Source of the DNA: Thermoplasmatales archaeon I-plasma
Lineage (GTDB): Archaea > Thermoplasmatota > Thermoplasmata > Thermoplasmatales > GCA-001856825
Length of the DNA stretch: 64,000 nucleotides
Reading direction: 5' to 3'
Assembly (NCBI GenBank): GCA_001856825.1
Contig: ATMD01000003.1
Coordinates: 91,796-155,795 of the forward strand
The notes beneath the pieces are model-generated. The model searched no databases. It was not told the DNA's origin and saw nothing but the letters and a program-made list of their open reading frames with translations. Shown here one piece after another: positions 1 to 9,867 of this stretch (its first letter is position 1; each line of letters opens with the position of its first letter). The translations under genes and the position numbers were made by a program.

Positions 1-448
1 TTCTTGCAAGGGATACTAACTGCTTCTCCCCACCACTGAGTTGGGAAGGATACTTCAGGAGCTGATCTTCGATAGATAGTGCATTGCTTATTTCCAACGT
101 CCTTCTATTGATTTCGGAAACATCCTTCTCCCTTATCCGCAGGCCGAAGGCAATGTTCTCTGCCACATTCATAGAGTAGAACAACCCAAGGTCCTGGAAC
201 ACGAATCCAATGTTCCTCTTCTCAATTTCGAGGTCTGTAATGTCTTCTCCATCCTTTATGATGGACCCCTTATCGGGCCTGATAATTCCTGCAATTGAGT
301 TCAGGATGCTCGTCTTTCCGCTCCCAGAGGCACCTACGATTACCTTTACCTCCCCATCCTTAAGCGAGAAGCTGACGTCAGTCAAGATTTTCTCGCTCCC
401 AATCATCTTTGATATGCTGTCTACCTTAAGCTTGTCCAAGTGGACCAC
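1..448 (-). CDS. ABC transporter ATP-binding subunit, 3'-truncated by the window edge; last gene of the riboswitch-controlled ABC operon
   Basis: My minus-strand translation reads VVHLDKLKVDSISKMIG...GASGSGKTS (Walker A)...FQDLGLF...LSGGEKQLVSLAR (ABC signature). A GTG/TTG start at 448/439 overlaps the permease stop. It is absent from the ORF track because it runs off the window. Confidence 0.85.
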   Translation of the reverse strand, partial: MVHLDKLKVDSISKMIGSEKILTDVSFSLKDGEVKVIVGASGSGKTSILNSIAGIIRPDKGSIIKDGEDITDLEIEKRNIGFVFQDLGLFYSMNVAENIAFGLRIREKDVSEINRRTLEISNALSIEDQLLKYPSQLSGGEKQLVSLAR

Positions 449-1928
449 TTTTTCCTATATGGTTTATGAAGAAAGAGGAAATAAATATTGCAATCAGGAA
501 AATCTCAGTGAGGTAGTAGACTCCGTCAGTGTACTTGAGCAGGAGTAGCCTGTAAATTCCTATTGTGATCGTTTCAGTAGATGCTGTGTATACGGTGACG
601 ATGGACGAAAATTCACCCATCACTGTAATAAATGTGAGTGACACTATTGTCGAAATCTCCCACTTGATTCTGGGGAGCTGAACCTTGAAAAATGAGGAAA
701 TGGAAGAATCTCCAAGGATCCTCGAGGAATATTTCTCCGATGGGGGCAAAGTATCTGTTGCCTGTGTCAGCATCCTTATATTCAAAGGCACAGCAACGAC
801 CGTAAATATCAATATGATGAGCAAGGTGGTCGGTATTAATTCGCCGTATACCAGAAAATATGACAATGCAAGAGTGACAGGAGAAAGTATCAGGGGCAAA
901 AGTACTATGAACTGGTTACGCATGGAAAGGCGGTATACCGTTATTATTATGGATATCATGAAGGCAGCAAATGTGCTGACGAAGGAGAACAGAAGGGTGT
1001 TGCTTATGAGTGCCGTCATGGATATCTGAAGTTTTGTCGTTATTGCGGTCAGATTGATCTGCCAGATGGGGTACTTGATGAACATTCCGAAGAGTGGAAT
1101 CATGATAAAGACCAGGAATATCAGGAGTCCTGTTAATGCAATCTTGTTGTACTTCCTCAGCGGGATAGGGAGTCCTGAATCGTTCCTTCTTGACTGCGTC
1201 CTTATAGAAATGTAGACATAGAGCGGTACCATAAGGATGATAAGTTGGAGGACGCCCAGGAAGGAAGCTGTGGAGAATGGGAAATTGGAGAATGTTGGGA
1301 ATATGCTCTTGAACTGGTAGATCATTACTTCCATCGTCGAAAATCGAGGGCCCCCTATGATTAGCGGAAGGCTGAACCCCTCGAATGTGAGGACAAAAGT
1401 GAGTATCCCTCCCAGCATTCCTCCTCTGAGGGAGTTCGGAAGGTAAAATCTCCTGATGACATCTGAGTCCCTGGCGCCCATTGTCTTGGCTGAGTAGACT
1501 TCCATTTTACTTGTCGTGCTGCCAGTTGAAAATGCAAGTACTGCTATCATCGGCGCGTTGTAGATAACATTTCCATAAATTATCTCCCAAAATCTTGACG
1601 AAAACCCAAATATGGAAATGATTCCAAGAGCCATTATAAGCCCTGGCATCACATAGGTTATCAGGAGCAAAGAAATAATGACATTCTTGAATCTACCAGT
1701 GTACAGGACCAGAAGTACACCGAAAAGGAGACCAACTCCTAGGGAAAATGCTGTTGAGATAGTTCCCTGCAGGAATGATTGTTCAACTGCACTCGTCAGT
1801 ACATGATAGAACAATCTTGAAGCTGACAGATGGAGCGCATAGAAGATAAGGAATGCAAGAGGTACCAGTACTAGTACCACTGCATATATTCCTGCGTATA
1901 GGAACGGAACTCCAGATTCACGTCTCAA
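426..1928 (-). CDS. ABC transporter permease, double-length (~12 TM), ThiP/FbpB-like
   Basis: 500-aa, very hydrophobic ORF, long enough for a duplicated permease domain. It overlaps the binding-protein gene upstream (1918-1928) and the ATPase gene downstream. Confidence 0.75.
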   Translation of the reverse strand: MRRESGVPFLYAGIYAVVLVLVPLAFLIFYALHLSASRLFYHVLTSAVEQSFLQGTISTAFSLGVGLLFGVLLVLYTGRFKNVIISLLLITYVMPGLIMALGIISIFGFSSRFWEIIYGNVIYNAPMIAVLAFSTGSTTSKMEVYSAKTMGARDSDVIRRFYLPNSLRGGMLGGILTFVLTFEGFSLPLIIGGPRFSTMEVMIYQFKSIFPTFSNFPFSTASFLGVLQLIILMVPLYVYISIRTQSRRNDSGLPIPLRKYNKIALTGLLIFLVFIMIPLFGMFIKYPIWQINLTAITTKLQISMTALISNTLLFSFVSTFAAFMISIIITVYRLSMRNQFIVLLPLILSPVTLALSYFLVYGELIPTTLLIILIFTVVAVPLNIRMLTQATDTLPPSEKYSSRILGDSSISSFFKVQLPRIKWEISTIVSLTFITVMGEFSSIVTVYTASTETITIGIYRLLLLKYTDGVYYLTEIFLIAIFISSFFINHIGKSGPLGQA

Positions 1929-3018
1929 TTGAACTCCACTCTAACGACCAGGACCCCACATTCCTTGCAGCGACTGTCATGTTTAGATAGCCATTAAGAG
2001 GAATTATAGAAGAAATGGGAGGGTTGGCAGAGTACACTGAAGGAAGTTCAATATTGACATTAGCCGGATACGTCCATTCATTCAGGGGTATCAGGCTTTG
2101 AACGTCGTTCCCAAGGATCCAGTTCACAAACTCTTCATCTATGCTCTTATGTTTGGATGAGTTCAGTATCCCCAGTCCAAGTACCTGCATCCAGGCATAG
2201 CTCTTACCATTGTGGTGGAATGCAACAGTCCCAATGGGGGTGTAATTGAAATACTTGTTGTAAGATGGATCCGTGGCGTATGAAAAAAACATCTGTCTCT
2301 GCCCTTCCTCAAACATAGAAAAACCTGAGCTCCAATCCTCAGTCACAAGTATCCCTTTCGATTTGTTCCAGAAGGATGTCCAGCTCTCGTTCAAAATCCC
2401 TTGATAGAAGGCGATCTGTCCCAGCAGGAAATCTTCGCCGTTTATGCTTGTAGTAGGGTTTTCCACGATGTACTGATTTGCTATGCTTGAGTTGTATAGG
2501 TCGTAATAAGAGAAGTTTTCAATGATGGATCGGTTTATTGGGCCTGTTAGGTTATAATCTGTAGTCAATGGAGAATATTCATAAGGTACGACGTAGCCTG
2601 ACGATTGCAGGAACGTGGAAAGTGTGCGGTTAATGTATGACTCATTGCTCACATCGAATCGATACAGAAGACCGCTGTTTGCTGCCAGGTAGGAATCTAT
2701 GTTATTCAGGCCAACAACCACATCGTATCCCGCCCCCTTTGTTTGGTTGATCTGATCGTAGAGGTCCCCGGAAGCGTATATGAGGTTCACCTTCACGTGG
2801 TACCAGTCCTCAAAATTATTTATCACGTATCCAAGAGTTTTGTTGGGATTAGCTCCGTATTGAAAGAAGGAGCCGTATGTCAACACATTTATTGTGGGTT
2901 CATTGGAAGGCAAAATGTTGGGATGAACCACGTAGACTGTAGCAGCTGCCACTAATACAATTCCAATCACTATGTACACTGCATAGTTTGTTCTTTTCTT
3001 AATTACTTCATTATTCAT
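1918..3018 (-). CDS. ABC transporter substrate-binding protein (thiamine/Fe3+-type family), membrane-anchored
   Basis: 366 aa with an N-terminal TM anchor (YAVYIVIGIVLVAAATVYV). It is the first gene of the SBP-permease-ATPase operon and lies directly behind a TPP riboswitch. Confidence 0.65.
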   Translation of the reverse strand: MNNEVIKKRTNYAVYIVIGIVLVAAATVYVVHPNILPSNEPTINVLTYGSFFQYGANPNKTLGYVINNFEDWYHVKVNLIYASGDLYDQINQTKGAGYDVVVGLNNIDSYLAANSGLLYRFDVSNESYINRTLSTFLQSSGYVVPYEYSPLTTDYNLTGPINRSIIENFSYYDLYNSSIANQYIVENPTTSINGEDFLLGQIAFYQGILNESWTSFWNKSKGILVTEDWSSGFSMFEEGQRQMFFSYATDPSYNKYFNYTPIGTVAFHHNGKSYAWMQVLGLGILNSSKHKSIDEEFVNWILGNDVQSLIPLNEWTYPANVNIELPSVYSANPPISSIIPLNGYLNMTVAARNVGSWSLEWSSIET

Positions 3019-3020
3019 CT

Positions 3021-3105
3021 TATCCCTCCGCCAGTATTATCTGGGTCAGGTTCGACGGGTCGATCTTATCGATCCTCTCAGCCCGCTTCAGCGAGCTCCC
3101 CTGCA
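3021..3105 (-). promoter_or_regulatory. TPP (THI-box) riboswitch in the 5' leader of the ABC operon
   Basis: The minus strand reads GGGGAGCUCGCUGAAGCGGGCUGAGAGGAUCGAUAAGAUCGACCCGUCGAACCUGACCCAGAUAAUACUGGCGGAGGGAUAAG-AUG. It contains the conserved CUGAGA, ACCC and ACCUGA..CCAGAUAAUACUGGCG..AGGGA cores. The GGAGGG Shine-Dalgarno-like run lies in its 3' flank. Confidence 0.85.
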
Positions 3106-3366
3106 GTACATAATTTAAACTCCCTATAAAAACGATTCTTAGCAATAGATAGGAATCACCAGAAAATACCATTGACAAATTTTTGATGCAGCAAGGTTGG
3201 TCATAGGATTTTCGTCATGGTGTAATTCTACGATGGCCATATGAAGAAATTTCAACTGACTGACCTTCTTTCCCTTGAGTTTAGCGTGATTACGTCTAAC
3301 TCAGCTCCCTTCTGAGCTTGAAGTGCTCCTTGGATAATGTTTTATTATCACTTATATTTGGGTTAT

Positions 3367-4824
3367 ATGTTTATATCTAAGCTTGAAGAGGCTAAGATGG
3401 GGTACACCTACGATGATGTTCTTTTAATTCCGGGCCCGAGCAGGATTGAACCGGTTGGTGTCAACGTAGAATCCTCATTGACCCGCCACATAAAACTGAA
3501 CATTCCAATTGTGTCGTCTCCTATGGATACGGTCTCTGAGGCAGATATGGCAATTGCACTAGCAAGACTCGGTGGTATTGGCATCATACACAGGAACAAT
3601 AGCAGGGAAGCCCAGGCTGAAATGATAAAGAAGGTGAAGAGGGAGGAATCGCTTATTATACGCGACCTTTACACTGTAAGCCCGGAAACACCTGTTGACG
3701 ATGCAATCCGTACTATGAGGGAGAAGCGAATCGCTGGGCTCCCAGTGATATTGAACGGCAAACTTGTCGGAATACTTACGAACAGGGACATACGCTTCCA
3801 GAAGGGAAGCAGCAAGAAGGTCAGGGACGTTATGACTAAGGATGTAGTGACCGGAGACGTCAGTCTCTCAATGGAACAGGCTTTGGAGATAATGAATAAT
3901 AAGAAGATAGAGAAGCTGCCTCTTGTCGATGGTACTGGAAATTTGGTCGGGTTGATTACCGCTAAGGACATAATGAAGAGAGAACAGGACCCACTTGCAG
4001 TGAGGGATGAAGAAGGGAAATTGCTGGTGGGGGGCGCAGTCGGGGCATTCGACATTGAGCGGGCCAAGATTCTCGAGGAAGCTGGGGCTGATGTTATAGT
4101 TGTAGATAGTGCCCATGGCCATAACCTCAATCTTATAGACTCAGTGAAGAAGATGAGGAGAGAGGTTGACATTGACATAATCGCCGGGAATATCGCAACA
4201 TCCGAAGCTGCAGAGGACCTGATATCGGCTGAAGTTGATGGATTGAGGACGGGTGTGGGACCCGGATCAATATGTACTACGAGGATAGTAGCCGGAATAG
4301 GCGTACCTCAGTTGACTGCCGTTGCACAAGCGGCAGAGGTAGCAGAAAGGCATGGAATTCCTGTGGTTGCTGACGGGGGTATAAGGTATTCAGGAGACAT
4401 AGTGAAGGCTATCGCAGCGGGTGCGAGCACAGTAATGCTCGGATCTCTGCTAGCAGGAACGGACGAGGCTCCAGGGACTGAAATAAACATATCTGGAAGA
4501 AGATATAAGACGTACAGAGGAATGGGTTCACTTGGAGCTGTTATGAGTGGAGAGAATGACAGGTACGGCAAGATAGGCTCAGGGAAATTTGTACCAGAGG
4601 GAGTTGAAGGAGCAGTTCCGTACAAAGGTAAAGTTGCAGATGCAGTCTTTCAATTGATCGGGGGCCTGAAGTCGGGGATGGGGTATACTGGCTCGCCCAC
4701 AATCGCGAAGCTCAGGCAGAACGCCAAATTCGTGCTTGTTACCCAGGCAGGAATTACAGAAAGTCATCCACATAACGTGATGTTGCTGAGCGAGCCTCCA
4801 AATTACACTAACAGGAACTTCTAA
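3367..4824 (+). CDS. guaB: IMP dehydrogenase with CBS-pair insert
   Basis: [21 protein letters not shown], two CBS-like segments, catalytic loop [11 protein letters not shown], and [17 protein letters not shown]. The track ORF opens at 3337. The MFISKLEE start at 3367 fits the usual N-terminus better. Confidence 0.93.
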   Translation: MFISKLEEAKMGYTYDDVLLIPGPSRIEPVGVNVESSLTRHIKLNIPIVSSPMDTVSEADMAIALARLGGIGIIHRNNSREAQAEMIKKVKREESLIIRDLYTVSPETPVDDAIRTMREKRIAGLPVILNGKLVGILTNRDIRFQKGSSKKVRDVMTKDVVTGDVSLSMEQALEIMNNKKIEKLPLVDGTGNLVGLITAKDIMKREQDPLAVRDEEGKLLVGGAVGAFDIERAKILEEAGADVIVVDSAHGHNLNLIDSVKKMRREVDIDIIAGNIATSEAAEDLISAEVDGLRTGVGPGSICTTRIVAGIGVPQLTAVAQAAEVAERHGIPVVADGGIRYSGDIVKAIAAGASTVMLGSLLAGTDEAPGTEINISGRRYKTYRGMGSLGAVMSGENDRYGKIGSGKFVPEGVEGAVPYKGKVADAVFQLIGGLKSGMGYTGSPTIAKLRQNAKFVLVTQAGITESHPHNVMLLSEPPNYTNRNF

Positions 4825-4978
4825 TGTAGACATCAATAATCTAGGCTGTTGACGGGCAGGATAACCAGTACATCTCTTGCAAATAAGGAACTTGAGCCAC
4901 GTTAGAGAGGAATGGCATTTAGCAACTGAATCAAGACAAGAAATATATCTGATTTTATGATTAAGTATAACGGGGTGT

Positions 4979-7066
4979 ATGTACCTGACCAAGACAATAA
5001 GGATGATACTTGCAGTAACCGTATTGCTTCTAGTCATACTATCTTCATCCTTCGGTGTGGCCACTCGCCAAGAGGGTAATTCTGTGGTACTGCCAATTGA
5101 GAAGAATAAGTCAGCATCATCCTTGGAGAGCGTTGGAGTGCATAATGATCCGCCTGCTACTTCGGTGACCCCATACAGGGAATATATTAATGAGCCAGCG
5201 CCTATGGGCATTGCTGATTATGGCATAGGCTATAATGGGGTTCCTTACAATTACTCCACATCGTCATTCCTTGGGAATGTCACGATCAATTCAATCTCGA
5301 CTTACAGCCCGGCGGCAAATTCTACAAATGTTACTTTCCAATTGAACCTGAATATGGTTTTTTCCTACAAGTCCACTTTTTACGACTTCTGGGTGCAAGA
5401 CGTAGCTTTCCTAAACTCGTCTTCGAAGGAGATTACTTTCATAGACAACATATGGAATCTTTCCGCTCCTAGCGCAGCGATCTACAACTCGACTGTTATT
5501 GGCAATGGCACAGTCGCCAGTAGCGGTACAAATTCAGGTCCTTCCAAATTTTATTATGACATCGCCAATTCCTCACTTCCAGGAAACAATGTTACCCTCA
5601 AGGATAATTCATCCTTCCTTCTGAAGATGAATGCGTATCTGGGCAGGAACAATTCCCCAGAGGTATCTTTCCTGTACAATGACGGATACGGTTGGGTGGT
5701 TTACGACAACGCAGTTTTTCACTTTGCAAATGGGCTTCAAACTCCACCTTATTTTTACGTTAGTGGATATAGTTACAATCCTGCCAATACGTACTATGAT
5801 GCCGAACTTGTGATAGGTGGTCCAGGAAATTCTACTCAGACCCAGGACATTAGCTCATCCATAATTCTGATGCTCGAGTATTACAATGGAAACAACTACC
5901 AGACTATTCCGAACGCTTTCAACTTCGGGAGCGATACTGGTGAGACTGTATATAACGCAGTTGTTACCGGTACATATGGTAGCATAACAGGGAGGCTCGC
6001 AGCCTACGTGACCAGTGGGATAGGTTCACTCGGGGCCATGTACTACTCCAATAGTCTCTCATTTTTGAAGATCACTACTGACACTCCTAGGGGTGCACTG
6101 TTTGTCAGGAACCTCAGTTATACAGGTAACGCATTGAACGTGACAAATTTCGTTGGCGGACTGGTAAACGTGACCCTGTTCCCAGGAAAGTACTCGATAG
6201 AAGTCTATTCTTATATAACCGGGACGTTTCAGAATTACGGGAATGTCTCTCTGACAGCAGGTAAGCTGACAGTTCTTCCAAATGACTCATATGCGGTAAG
6301 CTTCATTGAAAATGGACTGCCATCCGGAATCAGCTGGAACGTTAACATCTCAGGAATCAATTCAGGTGCCATCAATGGAAGCCGGTACGTATTTTACCTC
6401 CAGAACGGAAGTTACAACTTCAGCGTTACCACAACAAACAGGGACTACAGAACTCTTAACGAGACAGGGACCGTAAAAGTCAACGGGTCTTCTCAAAGTG
6501 TTGATGTCCATTTCCTCCCTGTCCTATTTGGAGTTCGTTTTATGGAGACTGGTTTACCGGAAGGCACAAATTGGTCAGTTACCCTGAACGGCAAAGGGAC
6601 TTTGAGCACTTCAAATGATACTTTAATATTCAACGTTATTAATGGAACTTACGACTACCTGATACCTTCTGCCTTCAATTACTCCCCATCCAATCACACC
6701 GGATCTGTCACAGTAAATGGAAGCAATGTAACACTCCAGATTCCATTCACCATAATGGATGGGTATCTCGTAGGAAAGATCACCCCACCGACAGCTACAA
6801 TCTCCATAAATGGGACGATATACAAATCTTCAAATGGAAACTTCAATATTTCCCTCAAGCCTGGAAGATATGTGGTGAATGTTTCTTCCCCGGGATACGT
6901 CCCGTTTGTGACCAATGTTACTATATTATCCTCACACGTTACGAAACTACAGATTAGTGGCCTCCTTAGGAGATCCAGCGATATTGCACTCTTTGAAATC
7001 ATTGTGTTCCTACTGGTTATTGTGGGTGGAATCTACAGTTTCTTGCGCTCCAGAAGGAGGCGTTGA
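4979..7066 (+). CDS. Secreted, membrane-anchored thermopsin-like (peptidase A5) glycoprotein with C-terminal repeat domains
   Basis: N-terminal signal/TM and C-terminal TM plus RSRRRR. EPAPMGIADYG and FWVQDVAF...IDNIWN resemble the thermopsin family. There are dozens of N-x-S/T sequons, and tandem ~80-aa modules (GLPSGISWNV / GLPEGTNWSV). Confidence 0.45.
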   Translation: MYLTKTIRMILAVTVLLLVILSSSFGVATRQEGNSVVLPIEKNKSASSLESVGVHNDPPATSVTPYREYINEPAPMGIADYGIGYNGVPYNYSTSSFLGNVTINSISTYSPAANSTNVTFQLNLNMVFSYKSTFYDFWVQDVAFLNSSSKEITFIDNIWNLSAPSAAIYNSTVIGNGTVASSGTNSGPSKFYYDIANSSLPGNNVTLKDNSSFLLKMNAYLGRNNSPEVSFLYNDGYGWVVYDNAVFHFANGLQTPPYFYVSGYSYNPANTYYDAELVIGGPGNSTQTQDISSSIILMLEYYNGNNYQTIPNAFNFGSDTGETVYNAVVTGTYGSITGRLAAYVTSGIGSLGAMYYSNSLSFLKITTDTPRGALFVRNLSYTGNALNVTNFVGGLVNVTLFPGKYSIEVYSYITGTFQNYGNVSLTAGKLTVLPNDSYAVSFIENGLPSGISWNVNISGINSGAINGSRYVFYLQNGSYNFSVTTTNRDYRTLNETGTVKVNGSSQSVDVHFLPVLFGVRFMETGLPEGTNWSVTLNGKGTLSTSNDTLIFNVINGTYDYLIPSAFNYSPSNHTGSVTVNGSNVTLQIPFTIMDGYLVGKITPPTATISINGTIYKSSNGNFNISLKPGRYVVNVSSPGYVPFVTNVTILSSHVTKLQISGLLRRSSDIALFEIIVFLLVIVGGIYSFLRSRRRR

Positions 7067-7498
7067 CCTTTCAATATGGGAAACTGAAAGTTTCAGTGGT
7101 TTCGTAGACGCATCCAAATAGATGGACAAAGGAAACTCAAGTTTAATCATTATCGGCTTAGTGATAAGCTCGAATGAATCAAGTTGCAATTCTACTTGCA
7201 TTGACGGTTGGTGGCTAAGGTTAGTGATGATTTATGGAGTTTGGCTCGTTTTATGTGCAATTGACAATTTATGCTGCAATGAGGGGGCAGCAACTATGTA
7301 GGAGATGTTTCTGACCACCTTCTTCATCATTGGAGATCAGTTTCAAATTGCTTCATCTTATATCCAAACTCATCCATCTTGTAATCACAACTGGGAACGC
7401 TTTTCCACTTCCTTGTAAGAAACCTTGCTAGTCTTTCATTTAAGTTTATGTAACCCTTTACAGTGCGTGAGTAAAGTGATTATATAACTGTCAGGCTT

Positions 7499-8062
7499 CT
7501 AAAGGACAGGTTCGTAATGTAGTGCAACAACTCCGTTACTAAACGATTTAGCGGAAACCAACTTGAGTTTATGCCTCCTTTTGCTATCTTCGAATATTGG
7601 CTTGCCCGAACCCAATATTATGGGGCGAATTCTGATACGGTACTCGTCTACAAGATCGTTCCTAACAAGAGCAGATACGAGAGTCCCACTACCCACCACA
7701 ACCATGTCCCTTCCAGGTTCTTTTTTAATCCGTTCAATTACGTCAACAGGGTCATCTCGTATCAACGCTGCCGGACCCCACTTTGCTTCCTGAAGGGTTC
7801 GAGAGAATACGAGCTTCTGAAGACCGTTCAGTTGACCAATGATCTCAGAATCGAAACCATCAGGGCTTGGGGACGCGGTTGGCCAGAACTCACTAAACTC
7901 TTGGTATGTTACCCGGCCATAAAGCATGGTACCGACTCTCCGAAGAATTTCCTTAGACCAATCGATCTCTTCCTTTTCGAATTCGAACCAATCAATCTCA
8001 TTCTTTAGGCTCGTGTAATATCCATCTAGTGATATTATTGTGTCTAGGATTACTTTCCGCAT
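7499..8062 (-). CDS. RibD C-terminal / dihydrofolate-reductase-like family protein
   Basis: 187 aa. MRKVILDTIISLDGY...YGRVTYQEF..FWP...VFSRTL...VVGSGTLVSAL..DLVDEYRIRIRPIILGSGKPIF matches the deaminase-reductase C-terminal fold pattern. Confidence 0.6.
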   Translation of the reverse strand: MRKVILDTIISLDGYYTSLKNEIDWFEFEKEEIDWSKEILRRVGTMLYGRVTYQEFSEFWPTASPSPDGFDSEIIGQLNGLQKLVFSRTLQEAKWGPAALIRDDPVDVIERIKKEPGRDMVVVGSGTLVSALVRNDLVDEYRIRIRPIILGSGKPIFEDSKRRHKLKLVSAKSFSNGVVALHYEPVL

Positions 8063-8456
8063 GGCTCAATAACTGAAGTTAGGATATAACGATATGCAAT
8101 TCCGTAATTTGTGTCAAATATTATGTTGCAAGCAATACTTGGTTAAGAAAGATTGGAAAGACTCAAGAGATCGATATTAAGTGATTTAATGCAAAGGAGA
8201 GAGATGATAATCGAAAATTCTACCAATATGGCGGAGGCGTTTCCGGAGACTGCTTTCCTTCAAGGGCAATCAAGTAGGCCAGAGAACAAAATATAAAGTG
8301 ACTTGCTCATGCACTCTTTTGACTGAAGACCAACTGGTTCCACCCTGAGCAACATTCGATTTCGATTGTGATGAGGTTTAGAGGACGTATCCGATTACCC
8401 AAGAAATTCAGTCCGGTTATAATCAATGTGCGGTATTGAATCAAGAAGGATAACGG

Positions 8457-8469
8457 ATCCCGGCTGCCG
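8457..8469. repeat. attL-like copy of the tRNA-Tyr 3' terminus
   Basis: ATCCCGGCTGCCG is identical to 16042-16054. The flanks do not match. Confidence 0.65.
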
Positions 8470-8560
8470 AGATAATAGAGTTGGTTTAATTCTTACACTT
8501 TATTGGTGCTTGACAATATTTAAAGAAAATACGCTTTGAATAATATAAAAATATTCGAAT

Positions 8561-8574
8561 TTGAAAAATAAAAA
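8561..8574 (-). terminator. Oligo-T terminator candidate (TTTTTATTTTTCAA on the minus strand)
   Basis: Lies about 25 nt downstream of the stop of the 8597-9577 gene. The 14-mer is identical to 14385-14398. Confidence 0.35.
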
Positions 8575-8596
8575 TCTAACGAAAAGAGAGAAATGT

Positions 8597-9577
8597 CTAT
8601 TTCAATTGTGTTATTTCTATTGAGTCCACGTTTTGATTATTTACCGGGAACAGAATCTCTTGAAGGAGACCGTTCAACTGGTCCCACGTTTCCCCGTTTG
8701 GAAACCCATGCTTGCCTGACAGTAATTCCATGGTCTCCATTGTGCATGCTTCCTTTTTGAATTGTTTACCTTCATAGTAGGCCTCAGAACTCAGTGTTCC
8801 ATACCAAAATGAATTGAACCAAGCGTCCAGAGCAAACTTTTCGGAACTGAACCGGTCTTCTAGGGTACTCTCCCGTTCTACTTGGTTATAACTCATTTTG
8901 AGGAACGTGAACAGATTGATATATCCCTGTATCGATTCATTCATTGAAGTCTTTAGAGCGTCAGGGAAATTATGTTTCCTAAGATTGCTTTCATACTTTG
9001 CTGGACCTTGATTCGGAAAGTATTTCTTGAAAAATGACGAAACCCTCAGAGGATTCTCTTGGCGAGCATATTTTTTAATTTCTAGAGGGTTCTTTATAGT
9101 GAGTGGATACTTTGATTCATCCCAGAGGTCGAAATCATAAATAAGGTCCAGTATGCAATCATACCACTTCCTTTCAAAAAATGGAGATTCGATGAATTTC
9201 TCTAATCTCCGGTACTCTTGTGAGTTGCTTGATTTGACTCGTTCGCAGTCCAAAATGAAATTGAATATTTGCGAAAGGTCGTAAATGTCATTACATCTCA
9301 ACCGATAGGCACGTTTGAAGAATATCCCTTCCCCGATGCTCGTTTGCTCAATCAACCCAACCTTCTTAAGTTCTGATAGGGATTTCTCCATTATACCCGT
9401 TCCTTTGCTTCCTTCAGCGTTTAGCCTTTCGGAGAGAAACCTCCTCTTATCCCTCACTTCGGTTCCTCCCCTAAAGTTGGAGATTATGAAGTCCTCACGT
9501 TTGCGGGTTCCTTTTTCACTCTCTGCAAGAGCCAAAACGATTTCTACCTTGGTATGGGAAGACCCTCTTTTATCCAT
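8597..9577 (-). CDS. Hypothetical protein, N-terminal winged-helix-like region plus unknown helical domain (element cargo)
   Basis: 326-aa ORF. The N-terminus (KVEIVLALAESEKG...SLSELKKVGLIEQTS...FKRAYRL) looks wHTH-like. I recognise nothing in the rest. Confidence 0.4.
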   Translation of the reverse strand: MDKRGSSHTKVEIVLALAESEKGTRKREDFIISNFRGGTEVRDKRRFLSERLNAEGSKGTGIMEKSLSELKKVGLIEQTSIGEGIFFKRAYRLRCNDIYDLSQIFNFILDCERVKSSNSQEYRRLEKFIESPFFERKWYDCILDLIYDFDLWDESKYPLTIKNPLEIKKYARQENPLRVSSFFKKYFPNQGPAKYESNLRKHNFPDALKTSMNESIQGYINLFTFLKMSYNQVERESTLEDRFSSEKFALDAWFNSFWYGTLSSEAYYEGKQFKKEACTMETMELLSGKHGFPNGETWDQLNGLLQEILFPVNNQNVDSIEITQLK

Positions 9578-9660
9578 TGATAAGTCATTGTTTATGAGTA
9601 TATATATTCTTACTTATCTCTCGTCAAATGTGTTAGTATAATTATATCGAATTGCCTATC

Positions 9661-9855
9661 ATGGAATTGCAAAGGAATAGATTGCTCCGAATGAGGGCAA
9701 AGGTCGTTAAGCTAGGGAATACCGTTTATGTCCACATTTCGCCATTGATTCTAGAAGACATAAAGGCCGGGCCCGGTGATTGGGCTTACATTGAAGAACA
9801 GACAGATGGAACTCTGAAGTTAGAAATTGAACGGAAGAAGGAGGAAACACAATGA
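9661..9855 (+). CDS. AbrB/SpoVT-type DNA-binding protein
   Basis: MELQRNRLLRMRAKVVKLGNTVYVHISPLILEDIKAGPGDWAYI fits the swapped-hairpin AbrB/MazE pattern. The ATG at 9661 is preferred over the TTG at 9652. Confidence 0.55.
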   Translation: MELQRNRLLRMRAKVVKLGNTVYVHISPLILEDIKAGPGDWAYIEEQTDGTLKLEIERKKEETQ

Positions 9856-9867
9856 CCGAAATGAATC

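Noticed and set aside
210-1029. Plus-strand track ORFs 210-548 and 685-1029
   Set aside because: They are antisense shadows of the ABC ATPase and permease genes. The minus-strand frames carry Walker A, the ABC signature and TM patterns. The plus-strand products have no motifs.
3408-5211. Minus-strand ORFs inside and after guaB (3408-3599, 3669-4178, 3868-4122, 4308-4625, 4579-5211)
   Set aside because: They lie opposite a very well-supported IMPDH frame and the thermopsin-like start. Their Ser/Pro/Thr-rich composition is typical of antisense translation.
7070-7498. Short ORF fragments in the 430-nt gap after the thermopsin-like gene
   Set aside because: Only ~15-40-codon stretches broken by stops in all frames. 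It may be a decayed gene remnant, but nothing is assignable.
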